A stretch of DNA of 64,000 bases, from the NCBI RefSeq assembly GCF_011745625.1, contig NW_027191459.1:124001-188000 (forward strand), read 5' to 3'. The notes beneath the pieces are model-generated. The model saw nothing but the letters and a program-made list of their open reading frames with translations, ran no database searches and was not told where the DNA came from. The position numbers and the translations under genes are program-made. Each line of letters opens with the position of its first letter. Positions within the stretch are counted from its first letter, which is position 1. This document shows, piece by piece, positions 35,795 through 48,229 of this stretch. This stretch comes from Cladosporium halotolerans (Eukaryota).

Positions 35795-38194
35795 TCAAGC
35801 AGGGAAAGAATTAATCCCGCCTTGGCCCTCGTCCGCACTCTCTGCTTCGGTCTCGACCGACGGCGCCTGGTAGGGGCGGCGGGTGTCCTGCGAGGTCAAA
35901 TCCAGCATCGAGGCAGGTTTGCACATCGCACCGCGTGCGCCAGACGGCTGCGTGCGAGCGCGCAGGTTCGGCAGGCTGCCCACCCTTTCCACCGCTGCCG
36001 CAGCGTGAGCCGGCAACGGCGGCCAGCGCGTTACGTCGAGCGGCAGCTCATGTCGGCGCTTCTTCTCGCCTGCAGGCCCATAATTCGCTGCTGCTTGGGC
36101 CGCCCTGCATTCTGCGCCTTGACTCGTCGCGTGCGCGCTGATATCGTTGCCAGCATCGATGTTGTCAGCGTGCACATGCTGTGATGCGAAAGAGACTGCT
36201 GGTGCGCTGGATCTTTTCTGCACGTGCCTCGAGCTCTGCCTGTGTGGGCTGCCGTGCTTATCACACGAGCCGTAGCCATTCACAGGCTTGACGCTCTCCC
36301 GGCTGCTCGGCCGCCTCTTCTGCTGTTGCACAACTGGACTCGCTGATCCGAATTGGTGCTCAAAGTAAGGAGAAGCTCCAGTCTCCCACAGCAGTCTCCG
36401 GCTTTCTTCATGCGCCGTTACCGGACCCGGACGAATGGGCTTTGGTGTCCATGAGGGCTGAGCAGGCCTGCCACGACCACTGACTGCTTCTTCGGTCGCC
36501 CGCGCAAATGAAACAGCTTGCTGCTTATCATCTGCACCAGAAGCAATCCCTTCAGCCTTTGGTTTGGCCACATCAACATCCCTCCGCATCAGCTCCTCAA
36601 GTCGCCACCGCCGATCCTTCTCGTCCCTGACCTCTTCCTTCAAGTCCTCAATCTCCTCATCCCTATCCTTCAGCTTCCCCCTAAGCTTCGAAATGTGATC
36701 CCGCACAAACCGCCTGCCCCTCAGCACCTCCTCGACCTCCTGCTCCAAACGATCAATCTCCGCGTCGCGCTCCTGCAAGATCGCGCCACCCCGCGCAATG
36801 ATCTCTTCTTGTTGGTGCACGACGGCGTCTTTCTCGCGGCAAAAAGCGTGCAGCTTGTCGAGCTCGTCGTCCCTACCCTCCATTGCACGCCTGATCTCCG
36901 CTTCCCGATCTCTCTCGCTGTCGTCCAGAGCCCGCTCGTAGCCCTCCAGCTGCCGCTGCAGGTACTGCTCGCTCTGCAGCTTGCGCTGCTCCAGCCACTT
37001 GAAGCGGTAATTCTCGTCAACGTACTTCGTCATGAAGTGGTGCCGGGAGGCCGCGCTCTCCTTCAGCTCGCGGAGGGTCTTCTCGTACGCCGCTCGCAGC
37101 TCGTCGTTGCGGCGTGCCATGACGTGGAGGCCTTCTTGCGCGGCTTGCGAGCTGTTGCGCCAGCGGTCGATGCTCGAGTTGCGCTCCCAGAGGGCGGTTT
37201 CGAGCTTGTGGATGTGTTCGCTTTGGTCGTAGATTTCGCGGATGGCGACTGCGCGGTTAGTTTCCCGGCGCGAGATTTCGGCGTCGTGGTCTGCTTTGGT
37301 TGCTGCTACGTCTTCGTTTAGTTGTCGGATGATGTCTGTCAGTCTGGTGATCTCCATCTCACGGGCGTAGACCTTCTGCTCTGCCGACTCGTCGTCGTCG
37401 TCGTCGTCGTTTGGCTTCGCATAGTAAAGTTCTGGCTCGGCGGTCGACTCTGCATAAGCGTCCTCTGTTCGTGCTGCTTGCTCTGTCTCAGAGGTCTCGT
37501 GCAGACACGCCTCCTCCAGCAGCTCAGATAGACTCGCCAGACGAACCGCACCATCCTTCTCGCTCTTTGCCGGGCCCTCCAGACCAACGCCATGACTCTG
37601 ACCATCCTCCCTTAGGACCTGCGACAAGTTCATAGGCGTAGCATAACAAGTCTGCTGCTCAACGCCACCCATCGCAGAAGGCGCGCCACTTCGCGGCTCA
37701 CCGCGTTCCAGCCCTTCCTTCGCTGCCGCAAGATCCTCGACAGTCGTCTCGCTCGCAGTAGGCGTGAAAACCGCACTATCCCTTACCGAGCTCTCAAGCC
37801 CCTCAACAGACCTCTCCACCCGCCCAATCCTCTCAAAGACACTCTCGAGCTTTCTCGCGAGCAAAGCCTCCACGGCCAGCTCGAGGTCCGCTGAGGAAGC
37901 CGGCGAGGGCGGCACTCCGGGGCTCCAGGGATTGCTCACTGTCACCGAAGATGAAGGTGAGCGGCTCTGCGGTGCTTGCCACTGGGTTAGTGCTTTGGCC
38001 TGCATCGAGTCGAGATGAGCCTTGACGTCACGGAGCTGCTCTGTGAAAGAGTCGTTGTTCGCCTCCTTCGCCATCGTGAGGGCCGAGAGTTGGGCAGCGC
38101 TGGCGGGTGATGGCGGGGAAGAGGCGGTGTTTGCCAGCTCGCGGGCACGGTGCTGGAGCTGGCTGAGTACGTGCTGGAAGGTCGGCTCGTCCAT
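35795..38194 (-). CDS. Hypothetical coiled-coil protein
   Basis: 799-aa ORF with a central E/R/K-rich heptad region and disordered S/P-rich flanks. Confidence 0.8.
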   Translation of the reverse strand: MDEPTFQHVLSQLQHRARELANTASSPPSPASAAQLSALTMAKEANNDSFTEQLRDVKAHLDSMQAKALTQWQAPQSRSPSSSVTVSNPWSPGVPPSPASSADLELAVEALLARKLESVFERIGRVERSVEGLESSVRDSAVFTPTASETTVEDLAAAKEGLERGEPRSGAPSAMGGVEQQTCYATPMNLSQVLREDGQSHGVGLEGPAKSEKDGAVRLASLSELLEEACLHETSETEQAARTEDAYAESTAEPELYYAKPNDDDDDDESAEQKVYAREMEITRLTDIIRQLNEDVAATKADHDAEISRRETNRAVAIREIYDQSEHIHKLETALWERNSSIDRWRNSSQAAQEGLHVMARRNDELRAAYEKTLRELKESAASRHHFMTKYVDENYRFKWLEQRKLQSEQYLQRQLEGYERALDDSERDREAEIRRAMEGRDDELDKLHAFCREKDAVVHQQEEIIARGGAILQERDAEIDRLEQEVEEVLRGRRFVRDHISKLRGKLKDRDEEIEDLKEEVRDEKDRRWRLEELMRRDVDVAKPKAEGIASGADDKQQAVSFARATEEAVSGRGRPAQPSWTPKPIRPGPVTAHEESRRLLWETGASPYFEHQFGSASPVVQQQKRRPSSRESVKPVNGYGSCDKHGSPHRQSSRHVQKRSSAPAVSFASQHVHADNIDAGNDISAHATSQGAECRAAQAAANYGPAGEKKRRHELPLDVTRWPPLPAHAAAAVERVGSLPNLRARTQPSGARGAMCKPASMLDLTSQDTRRPYQAPSVETEAESADEGQGGINSFPA

Positions 38195-38737
38195 CGGATT
38201 TTGTTGACGTTAGTATTGTACGTGCTGCGACTCAGAGGATGTGGGCCCCGTGATATGGCAGTTCTATAGGAGTCTCAGGTGTGCATGCAGTGGTGAAGAG
38301 CGAGGCGGGAGCTGAGTGGATGGAAGTAATAGGTACCTGAGCTGGGACGAGGCAGCAAGCTGCGAAAGAGTGGTACAGGCTGACGTCCTATGTCTCGGGC
38401 TGTGAACGCTGGACTTGGCGGCGGCATGCCGATCCATGGCTCGTTCGCCTTCTTTTCGTGGAAGCGCGCGGAACGCGGTCATGTGCACGGAGCGACGTCA
38501 CGATGTGGTTTTCGAGAGACGCTGGCTCACCAAACTCATACGGCAAATGCATTTTAGTCTGGCAGCTCGTGCTATGATAGTCTCCAAACTCCGAAGCCTG
38601 ACGTATAGAAAGCAGCGTTCACTACGAGATCGACCCCACCTTCTCCACAGCTCCGGCGCTGAGTCCGGTGAAAGCCCAATTGGTTGTACAAGCATGCCGA
38701 CCTTCTCCCATATCTTGGAGATGGTATTGGCGCGCGA

Positions 38738-40691
38738 TCATACTGTTTCCTCATGCACCCCCTTCTCTTTTTCGTCCCCGTCCGCCTGTCCAGTTACCGA
38801 CATACGCTCTCCGTATCGCTCGACCGCCATCGAAGCAGCTCTCGCGTTTACGCTGCTGTGCCTACGGACCTGGGTTTCTTCGTGCTCGATGTACTCAAGC
38901 GGGCGTTTTGCGGAAGTGGCAGTCTGGTTTGAATGGGTCAGCTTGTCTCTTCCACTGATGGTATATGATCGACTTACCTTGTCCCTGAACACGAGGATGT
39001 TCGAGTGCTCCATGAAGTACCTGTCGATGTCTTCGAGCGTGCGTCCGGCCGTTTCGGGGTAGAAAAGGTAGACGAGTGGCACAAAAGCGCCATTGAACAC
39101 GGTCCAGATGATGTAAAACTTCCAACCAAGAGACCTAATACCAATGGGCGTGATCTCTACAACAATGAAATTACAGAGCCAGTTTGTAGCCGTTCCGAGC
39201 GCAGCGCATTGAAGGTTATTAGCATGATTCTCGTTGATTTAGATGGCCTCTTGATACGTACCTTTGTTTTTCATCGAGAGGGAGTTGATTTCAGCCGGAT
39301 ATAGCCACTACGCTAGCGTGTCAGCACACTTCACTCTGGATTGAGGTGTCTCCGGAAGTGAATAAACTCACTGGTACTCCCTGAAATCCAATGCCGAAGA
39401 AGACGTAGTACAGGAAGAAGAACGCAACACTGGCCTTCGCGGTCTCGGTCCCATGTGGGTATCCAGGCTTCTCAGTGTAGTGAATCATCACGGTGATGAT
39501 GAGATAGCAGAAACATTGTCCAGCAGCCGCGTACATGAGCATCTTCCTCCTGCCCCAGCGCTCGACATTTGGAATACCGATCGTCGAGAAGAGCAGGTAG
39601 CTGACGCTATTGACCGCAGCTAGCAGGCGGGCCATTTTCTCGCTGAAACCGACCGACTCGATGAGCACTGTCGGAAGGTAGTATGAGGTCACGTTGATAC
39701 CTGCGAATTTGTCAGTGTCTATATTTCGCGTAGAATCTCGCAGTTCACGCCTCACTTACCGGAAAATTGTTGCATGAATTGAGCACCCATTCCCAATATC
39801 AGACGCCTCGTTGTGCAGGTGCCGGCCTGGTCGCCCTTCTTGCCTCTGATCAGATCGCGGATCCTGACAGCATGCTCTTTCTCGTAGTCGGCGGCAAACT
39901 TGATCTCGCTCATCTGCGTTTGAACGTATGGGTCTTCCGTCTCGGTGTTCTCCAGATCCGCCAAGATCACTTCAGCTTCATCAAAGCGTCCTTTCATGAC
40001 CAGCCAACGAGGACTTTCGGGAAGCCAAGGCACGGTCAAGTACAAAATAATGATGAAGATGAATTGTAAAGCCAACGGCACACGCCAAGCTGCACCTCCT
40101 GGAACGTAGGAGAAGCCGAAAGTGACCCAATTGGACAGCGAGAAACCGGCGATGTTCATGATCAGCTCAATAACGATGAGCTTGCCTCGCCATGCGGCCT
40201 GGGAGGTCTCTGACTGCCATGGCGGTGCAGTCGCTGTGTTCATGCCGTTGCCGATGCCGGCCACAATACGGCCGACGATCATGTGCGGTACGCTGAATGC
40301 TGAGAATTGCAAGATCGCTCCAACGCTCATGATAGTTGTGCCAATGAGAATGGTCTTTTTGCGGCCCAGAAAGTCGCCAAACACGAAAGCAGCAATGGCA
40401 CCGACCAGGCAGCCAATGTCGTAGATGGCCGTCACCGTCGAGATCAGGCTGGTGTTGTCGCGGATGCCAAGCGTATCCAAGAAGTCATTTGTGACGATCA
40501 CGCCGCCGAATACACCTTGATCGTAGCCAAACTGTTTCTTGCTGTCAGCAGGCTGTAAGGTCACAGCATTTGGACGATTCCTTGATAGTCAACTCACGTA
40601 CCAAGGTCATATCAGTCGCGCACGCGACAGTAATCCAGAAAGTCAGCCATCCGCCACGAAGGCCAAAGTACCTCTCGCCCTTGAACTTCAT
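38738..40691 (-). CDS. MFS sugar porter (STL1-like), 5 introns, one lacking an AG acceptor
   Basis: MKFKGERYFGLRGG..DMTL|FGYDQG, GRK, PESPRWL, QQFSG|IN, VERWGRR, WLYPAEI and YPETAGRTLEDID motifs. Confidence 0.88.
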
Positions 40692-41733
40692 CTTGTTTTC
40701 GAATGCCGTTCGGTATCAGCCCAAAGCATCACCAGGCGAAGCACAATAATGAGAAAGGAAACGCGTCTCCGCAGCGGGCACGCTTGACGTTAAAAACTCA
40801 CAGACCTACAACAGCACAGCGGCCTGCCTTACCATGCACAAGCGATCGGCACAGAGCCGATCAACAGAACCCTAACGCTATTGAGCACGCAGACGCACAT
40901 TCTGCGGCGCCCAACGGTCATGGGGTCTGGAGGCCTGCAGTCCTAAGCTGCTGGACGGCCGACCTTCTGCCATGGCCCTGAGGCCGCTGGCGCATCAAAG
41001 TATTATGCTTATCCTGGCCAAAGCCAATGAGCTTGGGATGCTTGGGGCGACGATGACGCAGGCGAGGTGGATGCGCATTGCTGTGGGACTTGCCATTGCC
41101 TCCACTGGGGTACCCCGTGGATGTACTAGCGGGGTTTGTGATGTCTGGAGACGCGGCTGCTCGGTCTCACTTCGCTGTTATTGCGAAGAGCGACCGTGCG
41201 GGCGTGTCGAGGTCCAAGCGAGCCCCATCCTTGTCCTTGTCCGCGATCGTTCGATTCGGGCACTACAAGAGTCCATGGTGAATACAAATTCGAGCGGTAT
41301 CAAGGCTGCCACGAGGGCGTTGGTGTCATTGCCATTGCAAAAGAGATGAACGAGCATTCAGATAGAGTTTCTGGTACGAGATGACATCGATGGTCGAAGC
41401 TTCGAATGAGGAGAAACAGGAGAAGCTTAGCAGCGAGCCGCTTGACCCTTGGCGGCGCCATGATTGCGGGGATATCGCACGCTATGCCAGCCACTTCATC
41501 ACAATACAGTAACTGCGCGTGTGCCCATTGACCACGGTAAGAGGACGTATCGCAAGCCAGGTCCATGGAAACACGCTGATTGTAACACAGCCGAAAAGGT
41601 CGAAAGGCATCGCTCGTATATTCGTGGCTCATCATCGTGGCCCTATTGATAGGTGATAACCCCAAAGACGCCTTCGCTCCAAGAACAAACACAAGACGAA
41701 AGATCCAATGTGAGATCCCCGGACACGACATAA

Positions 41734-44451
41734 TCACCGCCTCGGCACAGCAGGCGCAGGAATACCATTCCTCCTCAGCATCGCCCGCAACGCCAGGATC
41801 TCGCCCTTCATGTGCGCCACCTCGCCCTCCAGAACCCTGACTCTGCCTGCGTTAGTCGCACAACCGCCGCACGAGTCTGCACGTGCGGGCGGCCGCGCAT
41901 CCACGCCGTCATTAGACGCCGGGGCGGGACCCTCAGCCCTGTCGGATTTGGCTGGCGAGCTCTTCGCCTGCTTCATCCTGGTCCACGGATCGCTCGATCG
42001 TCGGCCTGCTGCTGCGTTCGAGGCGATCTCTTGGAGAGCTGTCTTGCGATGTCGAGGGCTTTGTCGAGATTGCCTGTCGACGCCCTTTGGCTTTCTCCGA
42101 GGAGATACAGACGAGGTTCGTGGGAAGATACTCTGCACGTCGTCTGAGGCTAGGCTGAAAGCTGCGTTCGGGGGTGACAGCTGCTGCGAGTTGGCTGTGG
42201 CATAGTCTTCTGTCGACATGCCGGCGTTAGCGTTCGAAGCGCCCGATGCCTCCACTGGTGCTGGATCTGGGGCTGCAGATTGTGTAGTGCTGATCGTACC
42301 TTTTGAGTTCATCCTTGATCGCGAGGTTTGACGTGCCGCGGGCCTAGGGAAGAGCCGGTGTCTGCGAGAAGAGTTCTTGCGCTCCTCATCCGAAGTTATC
42401 CAGATGTCGTCCTCTTGCCAGTCGCTGTAAGATGACTGGTCGATCGAGTCTGTTGGCCATCGGCCTTCTGGTCCATATACATGGGTTGCCACTGGCGCCT
42501 GCGCCGGCTCAAAGGCCTTTGGCATGACCTTCCTTTGAGCACCAAGTTGCTCCACGCCAGGCCTTTGCTGCGACTTTCTGTTTGACGTTGAAGCATATCC
42601 TTGCAACACACTGCCAGAAGAGGGAGTCGCCGATTTCATACTCATTTGACGTAGATCACGCAATAGCCTCGCATTTGCGGCAGCTGTAGCATCCACGTTC
42701 TCGACACTTTCGCTTCGAACTGGCATGCGCTTGCGTACCGACCTCGGATTCGCCCTTCGTCGCTCGGTCTTGAGAGGAGACGGTCTCAATGGTGATCGGC
42801 TGGGGATTTTGGGTACAGCTGATACTCCTGTCGCAGTGGGATGGGTGGTATCAGAGCTCGTAGCGTGGCTTTCAGGCGCAAGCAAGGGTTTCGGCGGTGA
42901 CGAAACGGTTTTCGTAGCTTTTGCATCGGTGACGAATGTCTGGCTGGAGATTCGTGGTCTGGTCCTCATCGGACTGAAGCTTTGGTCTCGGTTTTGCCGC
43001 GATTGCTGCACGGCAAACGGATTGACTGGAGAAAAGAGATCCAAATAGGCCTCCGCTTCTGCGGAGATCGCATGTTTCTCTTTTCCCGTGGGCGTATGTC
43101 GTACAGTACTGTCGTCCAGGGCTTCGTCCGGATGTATCGTGAATTTGCGTGATTGATAAGGGCTTAGTATGCTGTGAGATTTTGTAGGAGGAGGTCGGAG
43201 AGCCGGATGCACCTTGAGATGATTCGGAGTACTCCCTTTTGGCTGATCCGTTTTGGTATCCTCTGGGAGATCTCGAGTGACGTCGGCATTGGTGATGGTA
43301 TCTTTGCGTTTTGGCGTTGACAAGGATTTAGGAGAGGGGGCGGTGATCCATTCAACGCTAACGATCCTCTGACCAGTCGAACTGATCTCCTGATGGCCCT
43401 GCGTCACTCCAATAAAATCATACAGATCCACATTCCCATCATAGCTGCCGACAGCAATGATCCCCCCGCTATCAAATGATCGTACCGACGGCTTGCCCTT
43501 GCGTGAGTCTTGTGCCGACGAAGAGGGCGCAAGGACTGACACGGATGTGAGCGGAGCCTTCCCATGCCACGTACGCAAGACATTGACACCACCGGAGAAG
43601 TCCACAAGGTGGCATCTACCATCCATACCAACGGTGATGGTTCTGAGTTTATGACCAGGTAAAAATGCAGCGCCCGTTATCGAATGGAGTCCGCCTCCAG
43701 CCTTTGCGTGTACCGGTCTGTGAAGCTGCCTTTTTCGCCCGAGCTCTGCCCTACCCATATGCGCTTGATCCACGTATCTTCCCTCACCAGCACTGCGAGA
43801 CAGCCGACTGGCGTCCAACACAGCAAGAGTCCCATCTTCAAAAGCCAAGAGAAAAATGTTAGTCCTCTCCGGGTGAAAAGCGGCTAATGTGACTCCTGCG
43901 GTGGAACTCTGCGGTTTGAGTAGGGTCGCGGGAGAATTGCTCGCAAGGTCTTTGAGAAAGACAACCGACGGCGCACCTTGCGCTGAAATCATCAAATGTC
44001 CTGTCGGCGAGACTGCCATTGCTGCGGGCGGTGACGCTAGAGTCTGAGGAGGACTTAACAGCTGCTGCTTCTGGGTCGAATAGCACTGTATAGAGTTGGT
44101 AGCCTTCGTAGATAGGAACAGGCTCTTCGAATCCTTCGTGTATTCCAGATGTCGCACTTCATCTTCTTCCGCGCTCAAGCCCCAGCTCTTCTCTTTCCCT
44201 CGCCTAGTGTCGTGGAGCACCACGACATGCTTGTCCGCGATCGCCAGTGTCCCAGAGCCATCTTTGCTTTCTGTCGCGGCCGCGATCCCAGATTTGCTAC
44301 TCTGAAATAGCGTGTGAAGCCCCGCGGAGTCCCAGGACAAGATGTGCGAAGGTGTTGTGATGAGAAGGTGTCTGTCGGCGGGGAAAGCGAAGTTGCTTTG
44401 AGATACGGGCGACGGTCGGTCGGTGAATGGTATGCTATGTACAGATGGCAT
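41734..44451 (-). CDS. WD40-repeat protein with long disordered linker and short C-terminal coiled coil
   Basis: 905-aa ORF: about 370 aa of WD-like blades (AFHPERTNIFLLAFEDG, VGMDGRCHLVDF, VGSYDGNVDLYD), an S/P/R-rich middle, and RVRVLEGEVAHMKGEILALRAMLRR at the end. Confidence 0.85.
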   Translation of the reverse strand: MPSVHSIPFTDRPSPVSQSNFAFPADRHLLITTPSHILSWDSAGLHTLFQSSKSGIAAATESKDGSGTLAIADKHVVVLHDTRRGKEKSWGLSAEEDEVRHLEYTKDSKSLFLSTKATNSIQCYSTQKQQLLSPPQTLASPPAAMAVSPTGHLMISAQGAPSVVFLKDLASNSPATLLKPQSSTAGVTLAAFHPERTNIFLLAFEDGTLAVLDASRLSRSAGEGRYVDQAHMGRAELGRKRQLHRPVHAKAGGGLHSITGAAFLPGHKLRTITVGMDGRCHLVDFSGGVNVLRTWHGKAPLTSVSVLAPSSSAQDSRKGKPSVRSFDSGGIIAVGSYDGNVDLYDFIGVTQGHQEISSTGQRIVSVEWITAPSPKSLSTPKRKDTITNADVTRDLPEDTKTDQPKGSTPNHLKVHPALRPPPTKSHSILSPYQSRKFTIHPDEALDDSTVRHTPTGKEKHAISAEAEAYLDLFSPVNPFAVQQSRQNRDQSFSPMRTRPRISSQTFVTDAKATKTVSSPPKPLLAPESHATSSDTTHPTATGVSAVPKIPSRSPLRPSPLKTERRRANPRSVRKRMPVRSESVENVDATAAANARLLRDLRQMSMKSATPSSGSVLQGYASTSNRKSQQRPGVEQLGAQRKVMPKAFEPAQAPVATHVYGPEGRWPTDSIDQSSYSDWQEDDIWITSDEERKNSSRRHRLFPRPAARQTSRSRMNSKGTISTTQSAAPDPAPVEASGASNANAGMSTEDYATANSQQLSPPNAAFSLASDDVQSIFPRTSSVSPRRKPKGVDRQSRQSPRHRKTALQEIASNAAAGRRSSDPWTRMKQAKSSPAKSDRAEGPAPASNDGVDARPPARADSCGGCATNAGRVRVLEGEVAHMKGEILALRAMLRRNGIPAPAVPRR

Positions 44452-44546
44452 ATTTGCAGTGGATCATCGCGCGCAAGAACTATTTTAGGATAGTGTTGAG
44501 GCGTGGCGGGGTGGTGTGCACTTTGTTAAATCACGCCGTTGCTGAG

Positions 44547-44555
44547 GTAAACAAA
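44547..44555 (+). promoter_or_regulatory. Forkhead-type site GTAAACAAA upstream of the WD40 gene
   Basis: Exact consensus about 96 bp upstream of the ATG; same GAGGTAAACA context as at DAD3. Confidence 0.35.
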
Positions 44556-45246
44556 CCCGACGTCAGCGCTCTGGGCAAGTCCAAACACTGATCCCGAACT
44601 TCACGAACTCTTCTATGGCCTTCATTATGCTCTCTGCCGATGAAATGTAACATGCCAATGATATTGGAGTGAGAATATCGTCCTTCGACCCGAGAAATCG
44701 TGTTTGTACTGTGACTTGTGTATCAGGCGGTTTCTCTTGACGATGAGATTGGGAGTCCGCAGGTCAATTCTGAGCTGGTTCAAAAACATCGGACCCAATC
44801 TCAGTCAACGCGCCACGCAGATGCCTTTGCCTTCTGCTTTCACAGAAAGCACCTGGAGGATATTTCAGTGAAACATAAAATCATCAAGCGTTCATTGCGA
44901 CATCAATTGACCAAGAAACAACCGCGTTATCATTGAGGTCACGACCGTCAACTTCGCTCCAGGGTTAGGGTTGGGGCAAGCTTGGGGTTGTTATTTGCAG
45001 ACCGTAGGCGCTCAAAACAAGCCGCCCCAAAGCACCAAGCTAGAAATCGATAAATTTGTGAGTTGGAATCTGAGCGATCGCTCGGCATCGGACACTCGTT
45101 CCTGCGAGGCCGATATACATTGGCGTCTGGATGATGAGGTTTGGCAGTCGTGCTTTCAAAATATACAGGTTATACACAAAAGAAGTGAAGCTTTCCTCCC
45201 AGCAGTCTGTTGCTTCCAGATGACCGACGATCCTCTAATGATTTCT

Positions 45247-45900
45247 TTACCTTGACTGCCACAAGCTCCTCACGGCCGTCATGACAGGGCCGTCTGTTCT
45301 TCCCTCTCCAGCCTCTAGCACACTCTGAATCTTGCTTCCGGGGCCACCCTTCGATTCGGCCTCTGCCTTTCTCGCTGTCTCCTCTGCTAAGCCGACCTTC
45401 TCCGCCGCGCGACCTTGGATCATACGGTCGCGCATCCGCCTGAGCTCTTCCTCCTCTTGCTCGCGCACCTCAAGCTCACGAATCCATGCATCCTTCTTCT
45501 CCTTGCGACGCTTCTCCTCGGTCAGCTCGTCGAACTGACCACGCTTCGCCCTGTCGCTCTCCCAGTATGCGCTGCCACCGAGCATAGCCAGAATGGTGAA
45601 TCCTTGGGCGTAGATACGGCGACGGAACATGCGGTTCGTGCGAGCTTTGTCGCCAGTACGCATTGATTTGGTGCTAGATGGAAGATTTGTCAGTAATTGC
45701 CCGGTTGACCATAAAGAATCCTGTGATTGTACTTACGCTTCATAGAGGGCCCAGCACGTGAGGGCGCATCCGAGCGGAATCAACGGCTCTTCGACGATCT
45801 TGCGGCGCAGCTTCTGCCATCTTGACTCCTCGTAGAAATCTGCGTTGTCGTCGAAAGAGGATGGCGGAGGAGCGGTGTTGAGATTGCCGGGGACCGACAT
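45247..45900 (-). CDS. RCF1: Respiratory supercomplex factor 1 (HIG1 domain), 1 intron
   Basis: [66 protein letters not shown]. Confidence 0.93.
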
Positions 45901-46348
45901 GGTTGGTGATGTGAAAGTAGGTCGTGTGCTGCGTGCCTATAGCTCTAGAGGTATCGTCTCGTCCAGACTCCGGAAATCTCGGGCGCGACGACGAAGCCCG
46001 ATGTATTGAGCAAAGCTCAATGTTTCGACCGTATGGCAGATTCCAGTAACTCAATCACAGCTTGCGGTAGTATGAGCAAGTATAGTGAAGTGAAGCTCAA
46101 GTCTCATCAATATTAGCGCATCATTCGATCGCGCTGAAGATCTCCGCCAATATCAAGCATGTCATACCTCATGCCCGAATGCCTGAGGCATGAGCGTGGC
46201 TGCCGGCGGCGTTTCACCGCCCAAATCCCGATATCGGCAGAATTGTCCAGACGGCGATCGCGAATATCTCAATGACTGGCCTGGCCCAAAAGAGTAATCG
46301 AAAGGTATTGGGAGTGCTTTTACAATTTTCACTCCCATACTCGGCAAA

Positions 46349-48229
46349 ATGACTGACGCCATCGTGCAAAATGGCGCGCAAACGCCAGAAACGCCAAAGA
46401 CCCAACACGCTGGCCTGGCTTTGACAGAGTACTCAGCCCAACCGTCGCCGCCTTCGTCAACGCCCAAATCCCTTGAGGCTAAAGTGCCCAAAGAATTTCT
46501 GTTGCCAACCGGCTATCCAGATGTTAGTTACATGACCTACTATGGCGTTGACACAAGTCTGACATTGGACAGTACCTCCGTTTGATTCTTACATCCCGCG
46601 TCTACGATGTAGTCGAAGAGACTCCTCTGACGCATGCCGTCAACCTCTCAAACCGATTGGAATGCAAGGTCCTGCTCAAGCGCGAAGACCTTCAGCCAGT
46701 CTTCTCGTTCAAGCTGCGTGGCGCCTACAACAAGATGGCTCACCTCTCCTCCCAGGAGCGGTGGAAGGGTGTTGTCGCCTGCTCTGCCGGTACGTCCAGT
46801 CGCCCCACTCGATCAAGTCTTGCACTGTTACGGCAATGATTTTGGTTACAATTGAGGCTAATGATCCGTCCAGGCAACCATGCTCAAGGCGTTGCATACT
46901 CTGCACGCCACCTAAAGATCCCCGCCACCATCACGATGCCCCTGGGCACGCCAGCGATTAAGCACTCCAACGTGTCTCGACTAGGCGGCAATGTTGTCCT
47001 TCATGGCGCAGACTTCGATGCCGCGAAGGCAGAGTGCGGTCGTTTGGCGGAGGCTCACGGCTTGACCAACATCCCACCCTTTGACGATCCCTATGTCATT
47101 GCTGGCCAGGGTACCATCGGTATGGAACTGGTCCGCCAGGCTGACCTTAGCAAGCTTGAGGCAATCTTTTGCTGTGTTGGTGGTGGCGGCCTTATCGCTG
47201 GTATTGGCGTCTACATCAAGCGCATTGCGCCCCACGTCAAAATCATCGGCGTGGAGACCTACGATGCAAACGCCATGGTGCAGTCGCTGAAGCTTGGCAA
47301 GCGTGTCACGCTCAAGGATGTTGGTCTTTTCGCTGACGGTGCCGCTGTCAAGACTGTTGGCGAGGAGACTTTCCGTGTCGCGTCCGAGGTCGTCGATGAG
47401 GTCATCCAGGTCGACACCGACGAGATTTGCGCCGCCATCAAGGATGTCTTTGAAGATACCCGTTCCATCCTCGAGCCTGCCGGCGCGTTGTCTCTTGCTG
47501 GTCTCAAGAAGTACGTTGCTGCGCACCCATCACAAGACACAAAGCGCCAGCTCGTCGCCACTGCCTCAGGCGCCAATATGAACTTTGACCGCCTGCGCTT
47601 CGTCGCTGAGCGTGCCGCTCTCGGTGAGAAGAAGGAAGCGCTGCTCTCCGTCACCATCCCCGAAAAGCCTGGCGCCTTCGCCGCACTTGTTGCTGCTGTC
47701 AACCCGATGTCCGTCACCGAGTTCTGCTACCGCTATGCTACGGCGTCAGCAGCCAACATCCTCATTGGTATCAGCGTTGCCGCTTCAACAAGAGAACGCG
47801 ACCTCACCGACCTTATCTCCCGCCTTCAATCAGAAGGCATGCAAGCCACAGATCTCAGCGGCGACGAGCTGGCGAAGAGTCACATTCGATACCTGGTTGG
47901 TGGCCGCAGCACCGCCGAGAATGAGCGTCTCTTCGCTTTCGAGTTCCCTGAGCGCCAGGGAGCTCTGCACAAATTCCTTACAACGTTGCAGCCAGGCTTC
48001 AACATCAGCTTGTTCCACTACCGCAACTACGGTGGCGATGTTGCCAAGATCCTGGCTGGCATTCAATGCCCAGCTGGCGAGGTGAGTCACTCCTTTCGTA
48101 GGATGACATTGCAGTGCGCTAACCTTTTGATTGCAGGAGGCCGGCCTGGACAAGTTCTTGCAAGAGATCGGATACCCATGGAAAGAGGAGACGAACAACC
48201 CCACATACAGGATGTTCATGAGGCAATAG
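46349..48229 (+). CDS. ILV1: Biosynthetic threonine dehydratase (deaminase), 3 introns
   Basis: [16 protein letters not shown] (PLP lysine), [35 protein letters not shown] and [10 protein letters not shown]; last exon ends ..RMFMRQ*. Confidence 0.97.
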
